Origin: a bacterium
GTDB taxonomy: Bacteria; SAR324; XYD2-FULL-50-16; G965216635
Direction of reading: 5' to 3'
DNA length: 64,000 bases
NCBI GenBank assembly: GCA_965216635.1
Contig: OZ244188.1
Span: 1,984,001 to 2,048,000 of the forward strand
Part shown: piece after piece, positions 30,303-41,244 of the stretch
How positions within the stretch are numbered: position 1 is the first letter of the stretch
How the letters are laid out: every line of letters starts with the position of its first letter
Notes under the pieces: model-generated
What the model was told of the DNA's origin: nothing
What the model saw: the letters and a program-made list of their open reading frames with translations, nothing else
Database searches by the model: none
Program-made: the position numbers and the translations under genes

Positions 30303-31664
30303 TTAAATGCGGTTAATCCCATTCAGTGCTGCTATGCGGTAAGCTTCAGCCATAGTAGGATAGTTAAAAGTGTTATTGATGAAATACATCACACTATTGC
30401 CATCTTTTTGTGCCATAATGGCTTGTCCGATATGGATAATTTCTGATGCTTGGGCTCCAAAACAATGGACTCCTAAAATTTTTAAGCTGTCCAAATGAAA
30501 AATAATTTTCAGCATACCAATAGTTTGATTGGTAATTTGGGCTCTAGCTATATTTTTAAATAAGGCTCTACCTACTTCGTAAGGCACACCTTCTTGCGTT
30601 AGCTCTTGCTCTGTTTTACCAATAGAGCTAATTTCAGGAGTGGTATAAATACCATTGGGCATAATCTGAAAATAGTTATCAATTTTTTGTCCTAAAATAT
30701 GGCTAGCTACAATTCTTCCTTGATCGTAAGATATACTAGCCAGACTGGGATGGCCAATAACATCTCCTACGGCGTAAATATGCTTTTTTTCTGTTTGGTA
30801 AAAAGAATTGACTTTTAACATATCTCTATGATCGTTTTCTAAACCACATTTCTTTAAATTGAGTTCTTTTGTATTTCCTTCTCTTCCATTCGCCCAAAAT
30901 AAAATATCAGCTTTAATTCTTTTAGAAGATTTGGTGTGAATGATAATTTTATTATTTTTTTCTTCCAAACTCTCAAATTCTTCGTTGTTAAAAATATTAA
31001 CTCCTTTATTTTGAAGATTGTAATTCAGAGCGTGAACAATTTCTTCGTCTAAAAAAGATAGTAACTTGTCTCTTTGATGCACAAGATTTATTTTTATTTT
31101 CATACTAGATAAAATACTAGCGTATTCACAACCTATCACTCCAGCTCCATAGATTGTACAGCTATGAGGTGTATAATCTAATTGAAGAATTTTATTGCTA
31201 TCTATAATTTTAGGGTTGCTGAAATCAATTTCTGGTGGGTGGTAAGGAGAGGTTCCAGTGGCTATTATAAAGGTATCTGCATCAAGGATGGTTTTTTTTT
31301 TCTCTAATATCTCAATTTTTTTTGGAGAAAGAAATTGTGCCGTACCAAAATAAATATCTACTTCATTATTTTCATAAAAATTTGTTCTTAGTTGTTCTTG
31401 CTTGTTAATAGTATTTTCCGCCATTTTAAGATACTGATGAATCTCTGGATTTTGTGGAGTTTCAAAAATAGGATAATTTGCTAACTCTTCATATCTTTCT
31501 ACTGCGTGTCGCAATGCTTTAGAAGGAATAGTCCCCCAGTGGGTATTACTACCACCAATTTTGTATTTTTCTATTATAGCTACTTTCTTGCCAGCTTTTG
31601 AGAGGTGCATAGCCGCTCCTTCTCCAGCAGGACCTGTTCCAATAATAATTGTGTCGTAATGCAT
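30303..31664 (-). CDS. sthA: soluble pyridine nucleotide transhydrogenase
   Basis: [39 protein letters not shown]. Confidence 0.93.
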   Translation of the reverse strand: MHYDTIIIGTGPAGEGAAMHLSKAGKKVAIIEKYKIGGSNTHWGTIPSKALRHAVERYEELANYPIFETPQNPEIHQYLKMAENTINKQEQLRTNFYENNEVDIYFGTAQFLSPKKIEILEKKKTILDADTFIIATGTSPYHPPEIDFSNPKIIDSNKILQLDYTPHSCTIYGAGVIGCEYASILSSMKIKINLVHQRDKLLSFLDEEIVHALNYNLQNKGVNIFNNEEFESLEEKNNKIIIHTKSSKRIKADILFWANGREGNTKELNLKKCGLENDHRDMLKVNSFYQTEKKHIYAVGDVIGHPSLASISYDQGRIVASHILGQKIDNYFQIMPNGIYTTPEISSIGKTEQELTQEGVPYEVGRALFKNIARAQITNQTIGMLKIIFHLDSLKILGVHCFGAQASEIIHIGQAIMAQKDGNSVMYFINNTFNYPTMAEAYRIAALNGINRI

Positions 31665-31674
31665 AATTTAATCT

Positions 31675-32619
31675 CTAGTCTACAAGTTCTGTAAAACAAT
31701 CCCCTTCTTTTACTGAATAACCATTTATCCAATCTTTTACAGCAATTATTTTTTTGTTTTCTATTTGAATTTTTTTTAAAAATAGACTGCCCTGTGCAGT
31801 AGAAACCTCAACCGTTTCTTTTTCTTTTTTTAAAATTTTTCCATAATCTTGGATAAAAAGATTAGAAGTATTTGCGAGTGCTATTTCTGTTAAGAAAATT
31901 TTTTTGTTTTTAAAATAACTAAAAACTTTTAAATCTAAAGACATCGCTTGGTAAAGCCAATAAATTTTTTGTGCGCTTTGAGACCAATCTATCAAACAAT
32001 GCTCCTTAGAAATTTTAGAGCTATAACTAGCTTCCGATTCCACTTGTTTTACAGGGGTGATTTTATCAAAATTATGCAGAGTTTTTTTTAACTCATTAAG
32101 GCTTAGGGTTGTAAGCTGTTCCATCAATTTTGTGTAATTTAAATTTTGTGTGATTTTCATTTTTTTTTGCGATAAAATATCTCCAGCGTCTAGCTTTTGA
32201 TTCATTTTAAAAATACTAATACCACTGTATTTATCTCCATTTTTTAAACAATCCCTTACTGGCGAAGCTCCTCTCCATTTTGGTAGTAAAGAGAAATGGA
32301 CATTCATTGCCGCTATTTTTGGTATTTTTAAAATATCGTTTTTGAGTATTTTTCCATAATCTGTGACTACAAAAAAGTCAGCATCCCTTTCTTCTAGTTT
32401 GCTTAAAAAAGAATCTGCATTCAAATTCACAGGTTGTAGCACATCTAGGGATAATTTTTTGGCACTCCTAATTACTGGAGGCGAAAGTAAATTTAAACCC
32501 CTTCCCTGTTTTTTATCAGCTTGAGATATAACCCACAAAATCTGAAATTTATCTTGGTAAAGTGATTCTAAAATTTTTGCTGCAAAAAATCCAGTTCCAA
32601 AGAAACAAATCTTTACCAT
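31675..32619 (-). CDS. fmt: methionyl-tRNA formyltransferase
   Basis: FFGTGFFA, NVHFSLLPKWRGASP, LDAGDI. Confidence 0.95.
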   Translation of the reverse strand: MVKICFFGTGFFAAKILESLYQDKFQILWVISQADKKQGRGLNLLSPPVIRSAKKLSLDVLQPVNLNADSFLSKLEERDADFFVVTDYGKILKNDILKIPKIAAMNVHFSLLPKWRGASPVRDCLKNGDKYSGISIFKMNQKLDAGDILSQKKMKITQNLNYTKLMEQLTTLSLNELKKTLHNFDKITPVKQVESEASYSSKISKEHCLIDWSQSAQKIYWLYQAMSLDLKVFSYFKNKKIFLTEIALANTSNLFIQDYGKILKKEKETVEVSTAQGSLFLKKIQIENKKIIAVKDWINGYSVKEGDCFTELVD

Positions 32620-32621
32620 AG

Positions 32622-34253
32622 TTATAAAAGATTTCTAGCGCTGATATTTTTGTGTAATTCTGTAGGAGCTGAAATGAGATAGATAGTTTCTAGGGGATTT
32701 TTACACAAAGAGCTGATTTTATAACTTCCAATATATTTTTTTCGTTTTAAGAACTGGATAGCAGAACGAATTCTTTGGGCAGCGCGGTATTTGCCACTTT
32801 TAGAAACCCGAATGCAACTACCTACAATCAAATCATCCATTTTGCGTGATAATTGTCCCTTCCATTTCGGAAACTCATACAGCCAGCAGTCGTAAAGATA
32901 GACGCAAAGTAAAATAAGAAAAGGGTAGGTTTTTATATTTTCTTGGAAAAGAGCTTTAGGAATAAATCTTAAAGAAGCTGCAAATTGAAGCGGATTATCT
33001 TTCGTAGGAATGATGCATGGGTCTATTTTTAAGTAAAGTTTATTTTGTTGTAGATTCTTTTTTAAGAATTGGTCTTCTAGTGCATAAATATTACTCATTG
33101 TTTGAATAAGCGGATTGTGAATCTCAAAAAGTCTATTTTTTTTCTTCACAGTTCGCACCGCTTGGATTTTTTGAAATTCTTGTAAAATTTCTTGAGACAT
33201 TTCCCATTGTTTCAAAAGATTTTTTTTAGGCGAGTTGAGAACGAGTTGAAAATGAAATTCCCAATCAAAAAAACAATTCTTTATAGTATTTTTTTCAGAG
33301 TCGTAATTTTTATGTACTTGATACAAAATTGCCATAAAATGATTGATGCCTTTGGATTGGTGTTTTTTTAAGAGATGTTGCATAAAAATTCTCATTACTA
33401 CATCAATAGAATTATCAAATAATTGTTTAGTGGTTGTGTTTTCTTGGTATCTTAAAACAATTTTTTGAATTGTACTTTCACTATAAATATTTTCTTCAAC
33501 AGATGAATCGGGCTCTTCATTTTTCAAGCTAGATTTATTGACAGCAATAGAAGAGTTTTGTAGAGAAGCTTTGGGATAAAAATACTTCCATAGACGTTCT
33601 AGCAAGAAAAAAACATTGCCGTATTTTTTATCAAAAACCCATTCTTGCGAACGTAAATTTTGTGAACAGTCTGTAGCACTCCAGTTATGTCTAGGAAAAT
33701 TTTGATAAACAAAATTCAAAACTAAGTTTGGGGGTGGGATTTTTTCGCTTTGATCTGCGAAGAATAGCATTATAAATAAAGCAAATTTTTCTAAAAACTC
33801 TCTATTTTTTTGTTCTGAAGTATCTTGTTTCAGAAATTCTTGGTTCGCAAATAAACTTTCTATTTCCGACCATTTTTTTTCAATAGATAAATCTTTGAGT
33901 AAAATTTTCAAACTATCAAAAAGAAAAGTAGTCTTATCTTCATACTTTCCAAAAAATTCCAGTATTTCTTTAGCTCGCATTTTTTGAGCCACTGTTGAGT
34001 GGAGTTTCTGTCTGTGAGCTAATCTTTCGGTAGGGTTTTTGGCTTCTTTTTCTGGTTTATTAAATTTTTTTTGAGAAAAATCTTGATACAGGCTGTTGAT
34101 GTGGGATTTTATCTCTGTGATAGCTTGCTCTAAAATAAAATCGTTTTTTTGTAAAAACTGTAAAGCTAAACTATAAGATTCACATAGCTTATAATGAATT
34201 TTGTATTTTTCTCTTTTGCCTTCTTTAACTTGGATTCCGTTGAATAATAGCAT
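32622..34253 (-). CDS. hypothetical protein
   Basis: 543-aa ORF ending 2 bp before the fmt start; no clear family. Confidence 0.75.
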   Translation of the reverse strand: MLLFNGIQVKEGKREKYKIHYKLCESYSLALQFLQKNDFILEQAITEIKSHINSLYQDFSQKKFNKPEKEAKNPTERLAHRQKLHSTVAQKMRAKEILEFFGKYEDKTTFLFDSLKILLKDLSIEKKWSEIESLFANQEFLKQDTSEQKNREFLEKFALFIMLFFADQSEKIPPPNLVLNFVYQNFPRHNWSATDCSQNLRSQEWVFDKKYGNVFFLLERLWKYFYPKASLQNSSIAVNKSSLKNEEPDSSVEENIYSESTIQKIVLRYQENTTTKQLFDNSIDVVMRIFMQHLLKKHQSKGINHFMAILYQVHKNYDSEKNTIKNCFFDWEFHFQLVLNSPKKNLLKQWEMSQEILQEFQKIQAVRTVKKKNRLFEIHNPLIQTMSNIYALEDQFLKKNLQQNKLYLKIDPCIIPTKDNPLQFAASLRFIPKALFQENIKTYPFLILLCVYLYDCWLYEFPKWKGQLSRKMDDLIVGSCIRVSKSGKYRAAQRIRSAIQFLKRKKYIGSYKISSLCKNPLETIYLISAPTELHKNISARNLL

Positions 34254-34365
34254 AAATTCGTTGCGAGGTTGTTCTTATACAATAATATCTGCAAAAAATT
34301 TTAGCAAGATTATTTTTTTACCAATTAAAGAGAAATGAAGTTTTTAATTTCAACTTTGCATTTTT

Positions 34366-35067
34366 TTATTTTGCACTAAGAGCCCAGTCTACAGCGTTTC
34401 TGGAATGCAGCGTAGTAGTATCATAAAGAGGAAGAGAACTATGTTTTTGTTGAAGTAATAGATTGATTTCAGTACAACCTAATACAATTGCTTGAACTTT
34501 TTTTTCTTCTAGGCAACCTATAATGGATCGGTATTGCTGGCGTGAATATTCATTAATTTTTCCTAAACACAGTTCGTCAAAAATCACTTTGTGGATTATT
34601 TCTTGGTTTTGTAAATCTGGAGTGATAACTTGAATACCAAATTGGTTTTCTAGTTTCTGCTTATAAAAATCTTGGCTCATAGTGAATTTTGTGCCCAGCA
34701 ACCCTACTTTTTTAATACCATCTGCTAAAAGTTGCTGTGCTAAACTTTCGGCTATATGCAAGAGAGGTATAGAAATAGTTTTTTCTATTTTAGAAGCTAG
34801 TTTATGCATAGTATTGGTGCAAATTAACAAAATATCTGCACCGCTTTTTTCTATAATTTTGGCGTAGTGAATGAGTTTTTCCGTTAATATTTGCCAATCC
34901 CCCAATTTTTGTAGCTCGGCTATCTCTTGGAAATCTAGACTACAAAGAATAATTTTTGCAGAATGCAGACCTCCTAACTTCTGCTTTACTAACTCGTTGA
35001 TGATTTTATAGTAACTCGCTGTGGATTGCCAACTCATTCCTCCTAGTAAACCTATTGTTTTCATCAA
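34366..35067 (-). CDS. aspartate/glutamate racemase family protein
   Basis: IGLLGGMSWQST, ICTNTMH, LGCTEI. Confidence 0.93.
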   Translation of the reverse strand: MMKTIGLLGGMSWQSTASYYKIINELVKQKLGGLHSAKIILCSLDFQEIAELQKLGDWQILTEKLIHYAKIIEKSGADILLICTNTMHKLASKIEKTISIPLLHIAESLAQQLLADGIKKVGLLGTKFTMSQDFYKQKLENQFGIQVITPDLQNQEIIHKVIFDELCLGKINEYSRQQYRSIIGCLEEKKVQAIVLGCTEINLLLQQKHSSLPLYDTTTLHSRNAVDWALSAK

Positions 35068-35390
35068 AAATAATAGAGACTATTAAGCAATGTTTTAATA
35101 GGTTACATCTAACTCAATCTAGCCTTCAATGACAAAATACCCTTTTATTTTTTTTTTATGATATTAAAAATAAAAGAAACGGGAAATATAGATTTTAAAT
35201 CTATCTAAAAATCTTATAATAATCAAAAGCCTCCCTAAAGTCAAACCTAAAAAAAACAAAAAGATAAAATTTCCTAAAAAAGGAATTTTTACCTTATAAT
35301 AAAATTAGTCTTTCAAAAAGAGAAATATTTTGATAGATTAACTAGAAATAGTAAATAGAAACAACAGAAATTCTAAATAGACAATCCAAA

Positions 35391-35915
35391 ATGGACAAAA
35401 TAAACATCAAAGATCATATTAGAACTGTGGCTGATTTTCCCAAAAAAGGAATTTTGTTTTATGATTTGTGCTCTCTTTTAATGCACCCCGAGGCTTGGCA
35501 AGAAACCGTGCGTCAAATCACCGAAATAGTGCGTAATACCCAAGCGGAAAAATTGGTAGCAGTAGAATCCAGAGGCTTTTTAGTAACAGCCCCTGTCTCT
35601 TTTAACTTAGGTTTGCCACAAGTTCTTGCTCGGAAGCCGTCAAAATTGCCGGGAGAGGTGATTAGCCATAGCTACAAATTGGAATACAGTGTGGATACTT
35701 TGGAAATGCAAAAAGATGCTCTACAGAAAGGAGACAAAGTATTGATTGCAGATGATCTTCTAGCTACCGGAGGGACCATCAAGGCAGCTACTTCGCTCTG
35801 CCGCAAACTTCAAGCAAATGTAATAGGTGCGGTTACTATAATGGAATTGGAAGGACTCGGAGGTCGCCAAGCACTAGATATTCCTTGTCAGAGTTTGGTG
35901 AAATTTTCCGTTTAA
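35391..35915 (+). CDS. apt: adenine phosphoribosyltransferase
   Basis: DFPKKGILFYD, ESRGF, YKLEY, DDLLATGGT. Confidence 0.95.
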   Translation: MDKINIKDHIRTVADFPKKGILFYDLCSLLMHPEAWQETVRQITEIVRNTQAEKLVAVESRGFLVTAPVSFNLGLPQVLARKPSKLPGEVISHSYKLEYSVDTLEMQKDALQKGDKVLIADDLLATGGTIKAATSLCRKLQANVIGAVTIMELEGLGGRQALDIPCQSLVKFSV

Positions 35916-35922
35916 AAAAGAA

Positions 35923-36017
35923 GAGACTGTTAAATCAGGCATTATAGGAAAGCTAGGCAAGGCAAAAATTTTTTTAACGCAACATAGCCGAACTAGAATG
36001 CCTAATTCAACAGTCTC
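35923..36017. mobile_element. short MITE-like element
   Basis: gagactgtt ... aacagtctc IR with ggcatt/aatgcc inner IR shared with the 60004 copy. Confidence 0.8.
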
Positions 36018-36048
36018 AAGAATATTTAAAGAACATAAGAAACCTATT

Positions 36049-36825
36049 ATGGAAGTTATTCCCATACCCTACAATAGCGATAACTACGCTTATCTTTTAA
36101 GTTGCTCTAAAACAGGACATTGTGCTTTAGTAGACGCTGGTGCCAAAGATCCTATTTTAAATGTGCTACGAGAAAAAAATATAAATTTAAAAAAAATCCT
36201 TTGTACTCATCATCATTTTGACCATATTGCAGCTGTCTCGGATATCAAAGCTCACTATCCAGATATAGAAGTTTTAGGTAGCCAGAATGCTAAAGGAAAA
36301 ATTCCCGAATTACGCCATTTTTTAAAAGAAGGAGATGTTTTTTCTGTGGGCGAGACTAGCTTTGAGGTGTTGGAATCTTTTGGACATACTCAAAGCTGTA
36401 TTAGTTTTTACTCTAAAACAGAAAAAATTCTTTTTTCTGGAGACTGCTTGTTTTTGGCAGGTTGTGGTAAACTATTAGAAGGAAACGCAGAACAACTCTA
36501 CCATAGCCTAAATAAAATAAAAGCGTTGCCGAAACAAACAAAGGTCTATTTTGGCCATAATTATAACTTAAATAATCTGAAATTTGCCTTAACGGTAGAG
36601 CCTAACTGCCAACCTTTAATTTCCAGATACAATCAAGAGAGCGACAAACAAATAAACCCTCTCGCTTGCTGTCAAACAACAATTCAAGAAGAACTAGATA
36701 CCAATCCTTTTTTAAGACTGGATGCAAAAGAAATAGAATTGTCAGTTACAAAAAAAACCAACACATCTTGTAAAAATCCACTTGACTTATTTACAAAATT
36801 GAGACATCTTAAAGATCAATTCTAA
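36049..36825 (+). CDS. gloB: hydroxyacylglutathione hydrolase (glyoxalase II)
   Basis: DNYAYLL, THHHFDH, GHT, FSGDCLFLAGCG, TNPFLR; start moved to 36049 because the upstream ATG lies in the MITE. Confidence 0.92.
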   Translation: MEVIPIPYNSDNYAYLLSCSKTGHCALVDAGAKDPILNVLREKNINLKKILCTHHHFDHIAAVSDIKAHYPDIEVLGSQNAKGKIPELRHFLKEGDVFSVGETSFEVLESFGHTQSCISFYSKTEKILFSGDCLFLAGCGKLLEGNAEQLYHSLNKIKALPKQTKVYFGHNYNLNNLKFALTVEPNCQPLISRYNQESDKQINPLACCQTTIQEELDTNPFLRLDAKEIELSVTKKTNTSCKNPLDLFTKLRHLKDQF

Positions 36826-36847
36826 AAACACCCTAATAAAACTTACT

Positions 36848-37246
36848 ATGGCTAAAGTCGTAAAAACCGATGGAGAGTGGAAATCTCAACTGAACGCAGA
36901 AGAGTATCAAATTACCAGAAAGCAGGGAACCGAAAGAGCTTTTACAGGAAAATACAATTCTCACTACGAAGCAGGAAATTATACTTGCACCTGTTGCGAA
37001 AAACCTCTTTTCTCCTCTGAACATAAATTTGATTCTGGCACAGGATGGCCCTCTTTCTATCAGCCCATTACAAAAGGAAGTGTAATGGAAAAAGAAGATA
37101 ATAAATTTTTTATGAAACGAACAGAAATTGTATGTACAGAGTGCGACGCACATTTAGGACATTCGTTTCCTGATGGGCCCAAACCTACTGGAATTCGTTA
37201 TTGTATAAATTCTGTATCTTTGCAGTTTAAAAAGAAGGGAGAATAA
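36848..37246 (+). CDS. msrB: peptide-methionine (R)-S-oxide reductase
   Basis: GTERAF, KFDSGTGWPSF, HLGHSFPDGP, RYCINS. Confidence 0.96.
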   Translation: MAKVVKTDGEWKSQLNAEEYQITRKQGTERAFTGKYNSHYEAGNYTCTCCEKPLFSSEHKFDSGTGWPSFYQPITKGSVMEKEDNKFFMKRTEIVCTECDAHLGHSFPDGPKPTGIRYCINSVSLQFKKKGE

Positions 37247-37410
37247 AAAATTTTGGGTTTCTTTTTCATTTTAAGTTACCATAAATTTAATAAAAACCTT
37301 AAAAAGGTTTGTTTTTTAAAATAAACTTGATATAATTCAGTTTGTATTTTAAAAAAATCTATACTTTTTTTTTAATACAAGTATGAAAATCACAAAAAAA
37401 ATTAGATACT

Positions 37411-37590
37411 ATGTTTGGACTAGGAATCGGTGAACTCTCTATAATTCTGCTCATTGTCATTGTAGTCTTTGGAGCAACACGTTTGCCCATGATAGGCGCT
37501 GGATTGGGTAAAGGAATCAAAAACTTTCGCTCTGAAGTAAAAACAGATAAGAAAAATTTAGAGAAAAAAGAAAAAATAAAAGAAAAGTAA
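37411..37590 (+). CDS. tatA: Tat translocase subunit TatA (not in ORF track)
   Basis: Manual translation [43 protein letters not shown]... Confidence 0.92.
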   Translation: MFGLGIGELSIILLIVIVVFGATRLPMIGAGLGKGIKNFRSEVKTDKKNLEKKEKIKEK

Positions 37591-37592
37591 AC

Positions 37593-37770
37593 TCTTTTGA
37601 ATTAGGCGTTATAGGAAAGCTATACTTCTTTTTGCCATATAGTTTATAAGGGATATAGTGAAACCCCCACTGGAGGTTTCGCAGCCTAATTGTGCTGTTC
37701 ACAAAATTTAATATTTTTTCGCAAACGCGAAGACAAAAAAATCTTGTGGTCGCAGGAATATCCATACCTA
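37593..37770. mobile_element. degenerate MITE-like element
   Basis: ttttgaattaggcgttataggaaagcta left end and tcgcaggaatat module; right end not clear. Confidence 0.55.
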
Positions 37771-37796
37771 AAAAGAAGTACTACAAAAATTCCCGA

Positions 37797-38387
37797 TTAA
37801 CACAAATGAAATGAAAAAGCTCCATCGGAGCTTTTGTAAAGTCCCTTTAAAAGTGTGTCTATTTCTGGATTGATAGAAAAAGTAGTCTGACTAAAAATCA
37901 AAGCGTCTAGCTCCTTAATCCAGTGTAGGACTGTATCAAAAAAAGTTTGATAGATGGGCTCAAATAACTCGTCTAGTTTGGTATAAGAGGAAGAAAGGCT
38001 AAAATAAAGTAGGTTGTGCATAAAATTCATTTGGAGTCCTAGTTCGTTGCATACCCTGGCTAAAAGTTTATGCTCGTTGTCTTGAATAATTCCATCTACA
38101 ATAGTTAAAGCTATCATATCTAAGAAAAAGCTATAAATCATTTTCTTGTCTCTGAAGTCTTTTATAGTACTTTCAAATTCTTTTTCGGAAATTTGCATTT
38201 CCACTGCTTTATCAAAATCTTCGGGGTTAATATCAATACTATCAGCAAATTTTTTTAAAAATTCTGCTTCGTGGGGGTCGTAATCACCATCAATTTTGCT
38301 GAAATAAATCAGCAATTTGAGATAATTAAGCCTTTCTTGCATATCTCTTTCCCTAAAATCCAATAAAAGTGACTCTTTTTTACTCAT
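37797..38387 (-). CDS. TerB-like protein
   Basis: Two TerB-type motifs (IDGDYDPHE..FL and VDGIIQDNE..LL). Confidence 0.7.
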   Translation of the reverse strand: MSKKESLLLDFRERDMQERLNYLKLLIYFSKIDGDYDPHEAEFLKKFADSIDINPEDFDKAVEMQISEKEFESTIKDFRDKKMIYSFFLDMIALTIVDGIIQDNEHKLLARVCNELGLQMNFMHNLLYFSLSSSYTKLDELFEPIYQTFFDTVLHWIKELDALIFSQTTFSINPEIDTLLKGLYKSSDGAFSFHLC

Positions 38388-40209
38388 AAGGATTATCTAT
38401 TTTTAAATCTATTTTTTTTTTTAAATTAGAAAGATTGATTTGATTGTTTTTGATTTCTACTTTTAACTTCTGCTCCTTTCCAAAAGAATAAATCGGCTTT
38501 CTAACACCATACAAGAGTTCTTGCTTAATTATACCTAAATTTTTCACTAAAAAGCTGTTTTTTTTAAAAAAACTCTGTATCATTTCCTTTTTATACTTTT
38601 TTTCTAATAAGTCAAGACTAAAGTTAGGAGAAAGAAATAAAGCCGTACTATTATTACCTCCAAAACCTTTAGCATTAATAAAACAGGCGTCTTGCGGGTT
38701 GTTTTTCACATTTTCATGCTCTAAAAGTATATTCAAATGGCTACAAAAAACATCGTCTGCTATTTTTGGTGTGTTTTTTATGGCTGGAATGATGCCTTGT
38801 AGCCAGACTCCTAGGCTAGATACAAGCTGATCTCCTGCTGCGGGTCCTGTGCTGTGTCCTAAATAAGTCTTTACTGCAGCTACTTTCCAATCTTTTATAC
38901 CAAATGCTTTAGCAGTTTCGTTTAAAATATGCGATTCTGTCACTCTATTTTGGGGAGTTCCTGTACCGTGTGCTTGAATATAAGTGTTTTTTTTCAACTT
39001 TTCTTCTCCCAAAATACTTTTTGCTAGGGCTGTCGCTTTAGCAAAGGTAATATAATTACCTCCACCGGGTTTAGAAATAGAGCTTTTATGGCCGTCGGCA
39101 CAAACATACACGCCTCCTACAGCTGAATAAGGGTTAGCTCCTGTCTGAATAACTAAATCATCACTAAAAAGAATCACAAATTGTGAGCCTTCAGCTAGAG
39201 TAAAACCACAATTTTCACCAAAGGGACGGCAGGCAGTGTTATAATCCATTTTTCCGCCGTTCATATTTTTGATTTTTTCGTCGTCTGCTAAAGCTCCCAT
39301 TACTCTGTAGCCCTCTACAATTTCTGGAGTGACAGGAGATTCGCTAGCTCCAACTATTGCTACCTTGATTCTACCGCTTTGAATATCTTGATAAGCATTA
39401 TGTAAATTATAGAGAAAAGTGGCGCAGGCTCCGACATTTGTGCTAGTAAAACCAATATTTCCTAAAACATACGCGTTAATAAAATCGGAAATCATATTCA
39501 TCATAGAAAAAGGCATCATTTTAGTAGAGGGCCTTTTACCTTCAAAAGCTGCTTGCAATAGCCCGCCATTTCCTGCAGGACCCATAGCTCCACTACAGCT
39601 GCCGCAATAAACTCCTATGGCATCAAGAGGAACCAACTGCTGAATTTCTTCCCAATCAATGCCTACGGAATGTAGCGCATCGGATACTCCAAAAATAGCT
39701 AATTGAATCGTTTCCGGATGGTGTAGAGATGGATAATAATCAGCTGCTTTAAAACCTGTCGGTAGGCAGCCCGCACACATAACTTTACTCGGTTTTCTAG
39801 TTGATAGAAAAATTTCTGTCTCTTCTACTGGAACATCTAGCAATTTATTTTTGGAAAAAGTCTTTATTTGCTGAAATTCTGCTGGGGTGATTTTAATCTT
39901 TAAATTTTGAAAGAGACTATTTTGAGAAAATTCTTTTTTGGGAATTTTGCGAAGTAAAGTGTTTTCTTTAATATAACTGCTATATTTTTGCTCTATTTCT
40001 GCCAAAGATATTTTTTTTTTTTCCGTTGTATAAAACTTTCCTTTTTCATAACTCACCAAATTCATCATAACCGATAATGAAGCAAAGGTCTGCAATCTAT
40101 CGGTTTCCTCTATTTCTTCTATTACGAGTCTGTTATACGCCATATGAAAAGCGCTTCTTCCTGCTGCAGAAAGCCCTCCAAAACCAACAATAAAAGGTAT
40201 AGGTTTCAT
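38380..40209 (-). CDS. stand-alone beta-ketoacyl synthase (FabY-like)
   Basis: GACATFLYNL, AHGTGTPQNRVTES, KTYLGHS, NAKGFGGNN. Confidence 0.88.
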   Translation of the reverse strand: MKPIPFIVGFGGLSAAGRSAFHMAYNRLVIEEIEETDRLQTFASLSVMMNLVSYEKGKFYTTEKKKISLAEIEQKYSSYIKENTLLRKIPKKEFSQNSLFQNLKIKITPAEFQQIKTFSKNKLLDVPVEETEIFLSTRKPSKVMCAGCLPTGFKAADYYPSLHHPETIQLAIFGVSDALHSVGIDWEEIQQLVPLDAIGVYCGSCSGAMGPAGNGGLLQAAFEGKRPSTKMMPFSMMNMISDFINAYVLGNIGFTSTNVGACATFLYNLHNAYQDIQSGRIKVAIVGASESPVTPEIVEGYRVMGALADDEKIKNMNGGKMDYNTACRPFGENCGFTLAEGSQFVILFSDDLVIQTGANPYSAVGGVYVCADGHKSSISKPGGGNYITFAKATALAKSILGEEKLKKNTYIQAHGTGTPQNRVTESHILNETAKAFGIKDWKVAAVKTYLGHSTGPAAGDQLVSSLGVWLQGIIPAIKNTPKIADDVFCSHLNILLEHENVKNNPQDACFINAKGFGGNNSTALFLSPNFSLDLLEKKYKKEMIQSFFKKNSFLVKNLGIIKQELLYGVRKPIYSFGKEQKLKVEIKNNQINLSNLKKKIDLKIDNPYE

Positions 40210-40211
40210 AT

Positions 40212-40460
40212 TCAACCTCCGCTCACAGGGGGAAAAATTGCTATCTCTTTTTTTACTTCTCCTATTTCAGAACAAATTTCTATTTCTTCTGTGTCTACCG
40301 CTACAAGTAAATTATCTTTGTATTCTGCCACTTTTGGATATAACTCAATTAAATTTTGAATAAGCTCTTGTCCTGTCATTTTTTCTTTTACTTCCATTTC
40401 TATTTGGTGGGTTTGAGTTATTTCCGCGAGAGCTGCAAATAAAAGAATTTTACATTTCAT
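40212..40460 (-). CDS. moaD: MoaD/ThiS sulfur carrier
   Basis: LLFAALAE N-terminus, FPPVSGG C-terminus. Confidence 0.88.
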   Translation of the reverse strand: MKCKILLFAALAEITQTHQIEMEVKEKMTGQELIQNLIELYPKVAEYKDNLLVAVDTEEIEICSEIGEVKKEIAIFPPVSGG

Positions 40461-41239
40461 ATTAATCCTTTAAAAAAATTTTCTGCATTTTTGTTGGTTA
40501 TTTTTTTTAATCCTTCAGAATCTATTTTGAGATGTTTTGCTAAAAAATCTCCTATAATTGCCACATTTTCTGGAAAATTTTTTTTTCCTCTTAAAGGAAC
40601 TGGAGCAAGAAAAGGAGAATCTGTTTCTAATAGAACGCGTTCAATAGGAATTTTTTCAAATAGCTTTAAAAAGTGAGTGGCATTGGAAAAAGTAATTATA
40701 CCGTTAAAAGAAAAATAGCAATCAAATTGAATACCAAAATCAGCTAGTTTTAGTGATGAAGTAAAACTATGAAGTAAAACTTTTAAACCTTTTTTAAGAA
40801 AGGGAAGCAGCGTCTGTATAGTTTCTTTTTCTGCTTCTCTGCTATGTATGATTACTGGATAATCTGTTTTTAATGCAATTTCTAGCTGTCTATGAAAAAC
40901 TTGTTTTTGTTCACTATAACTGGAATGATTGTAGTGAAAATCATAGCCACATTCTCCCAGTGCAATGATTTTTTTATTTTTAACCAATGAAGTAGCAATA
41001 AAATCATAGTCTGTTTGTTGAACAGCCTTAGCCTCGTGGGGATGAATACCCACAGCGCCATAGACATTTGAATAATTTTTCGCATAACTACAGACTTTTT
41101 CAGAACTTTTTTTATCTGTTGCAATGGTTATAATCCTACTGACTTCTTTTTTTTTCGCTTCTTCTAAAACAGATGCAATTTTTTCCTCCAACATATCCAA
41201 ATGACAGTGTGTATCTGTCCAATAAAGGCAACTTTCCAT
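40457..41239 (-). CDS. tatD: TatD family DNase
   Basis: DTHCHL, GIHPH, GECG, IHSRE, HSF, LETDSPFLAP. Confidence 0.92.
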   Translation of the reverse strand: MESCLYWTDTHCHLDMLEEKIASVLEEAKKKEVSRIITIATDKKSSEKVCSYAKNYSNVYGAVGIHPHEAKAVQQTDYDFIATSLVKNKKIIALGECGYDFHYNHSSYSEQKQVFHRQLEIALKTDYPVIIHSREAEKETIQTLLPFLKKGLKVLLHSFTSSLKLADFGIQFDCYFSFNGIITFSNATHFLKLFEKIPIERVLLETDSPFLAPVPLRGKKNFPENVAIIGDFLAKHLKIDSEGLKKITNKNAENFFKGLI

Positions 41240-41244
41240 AAATA

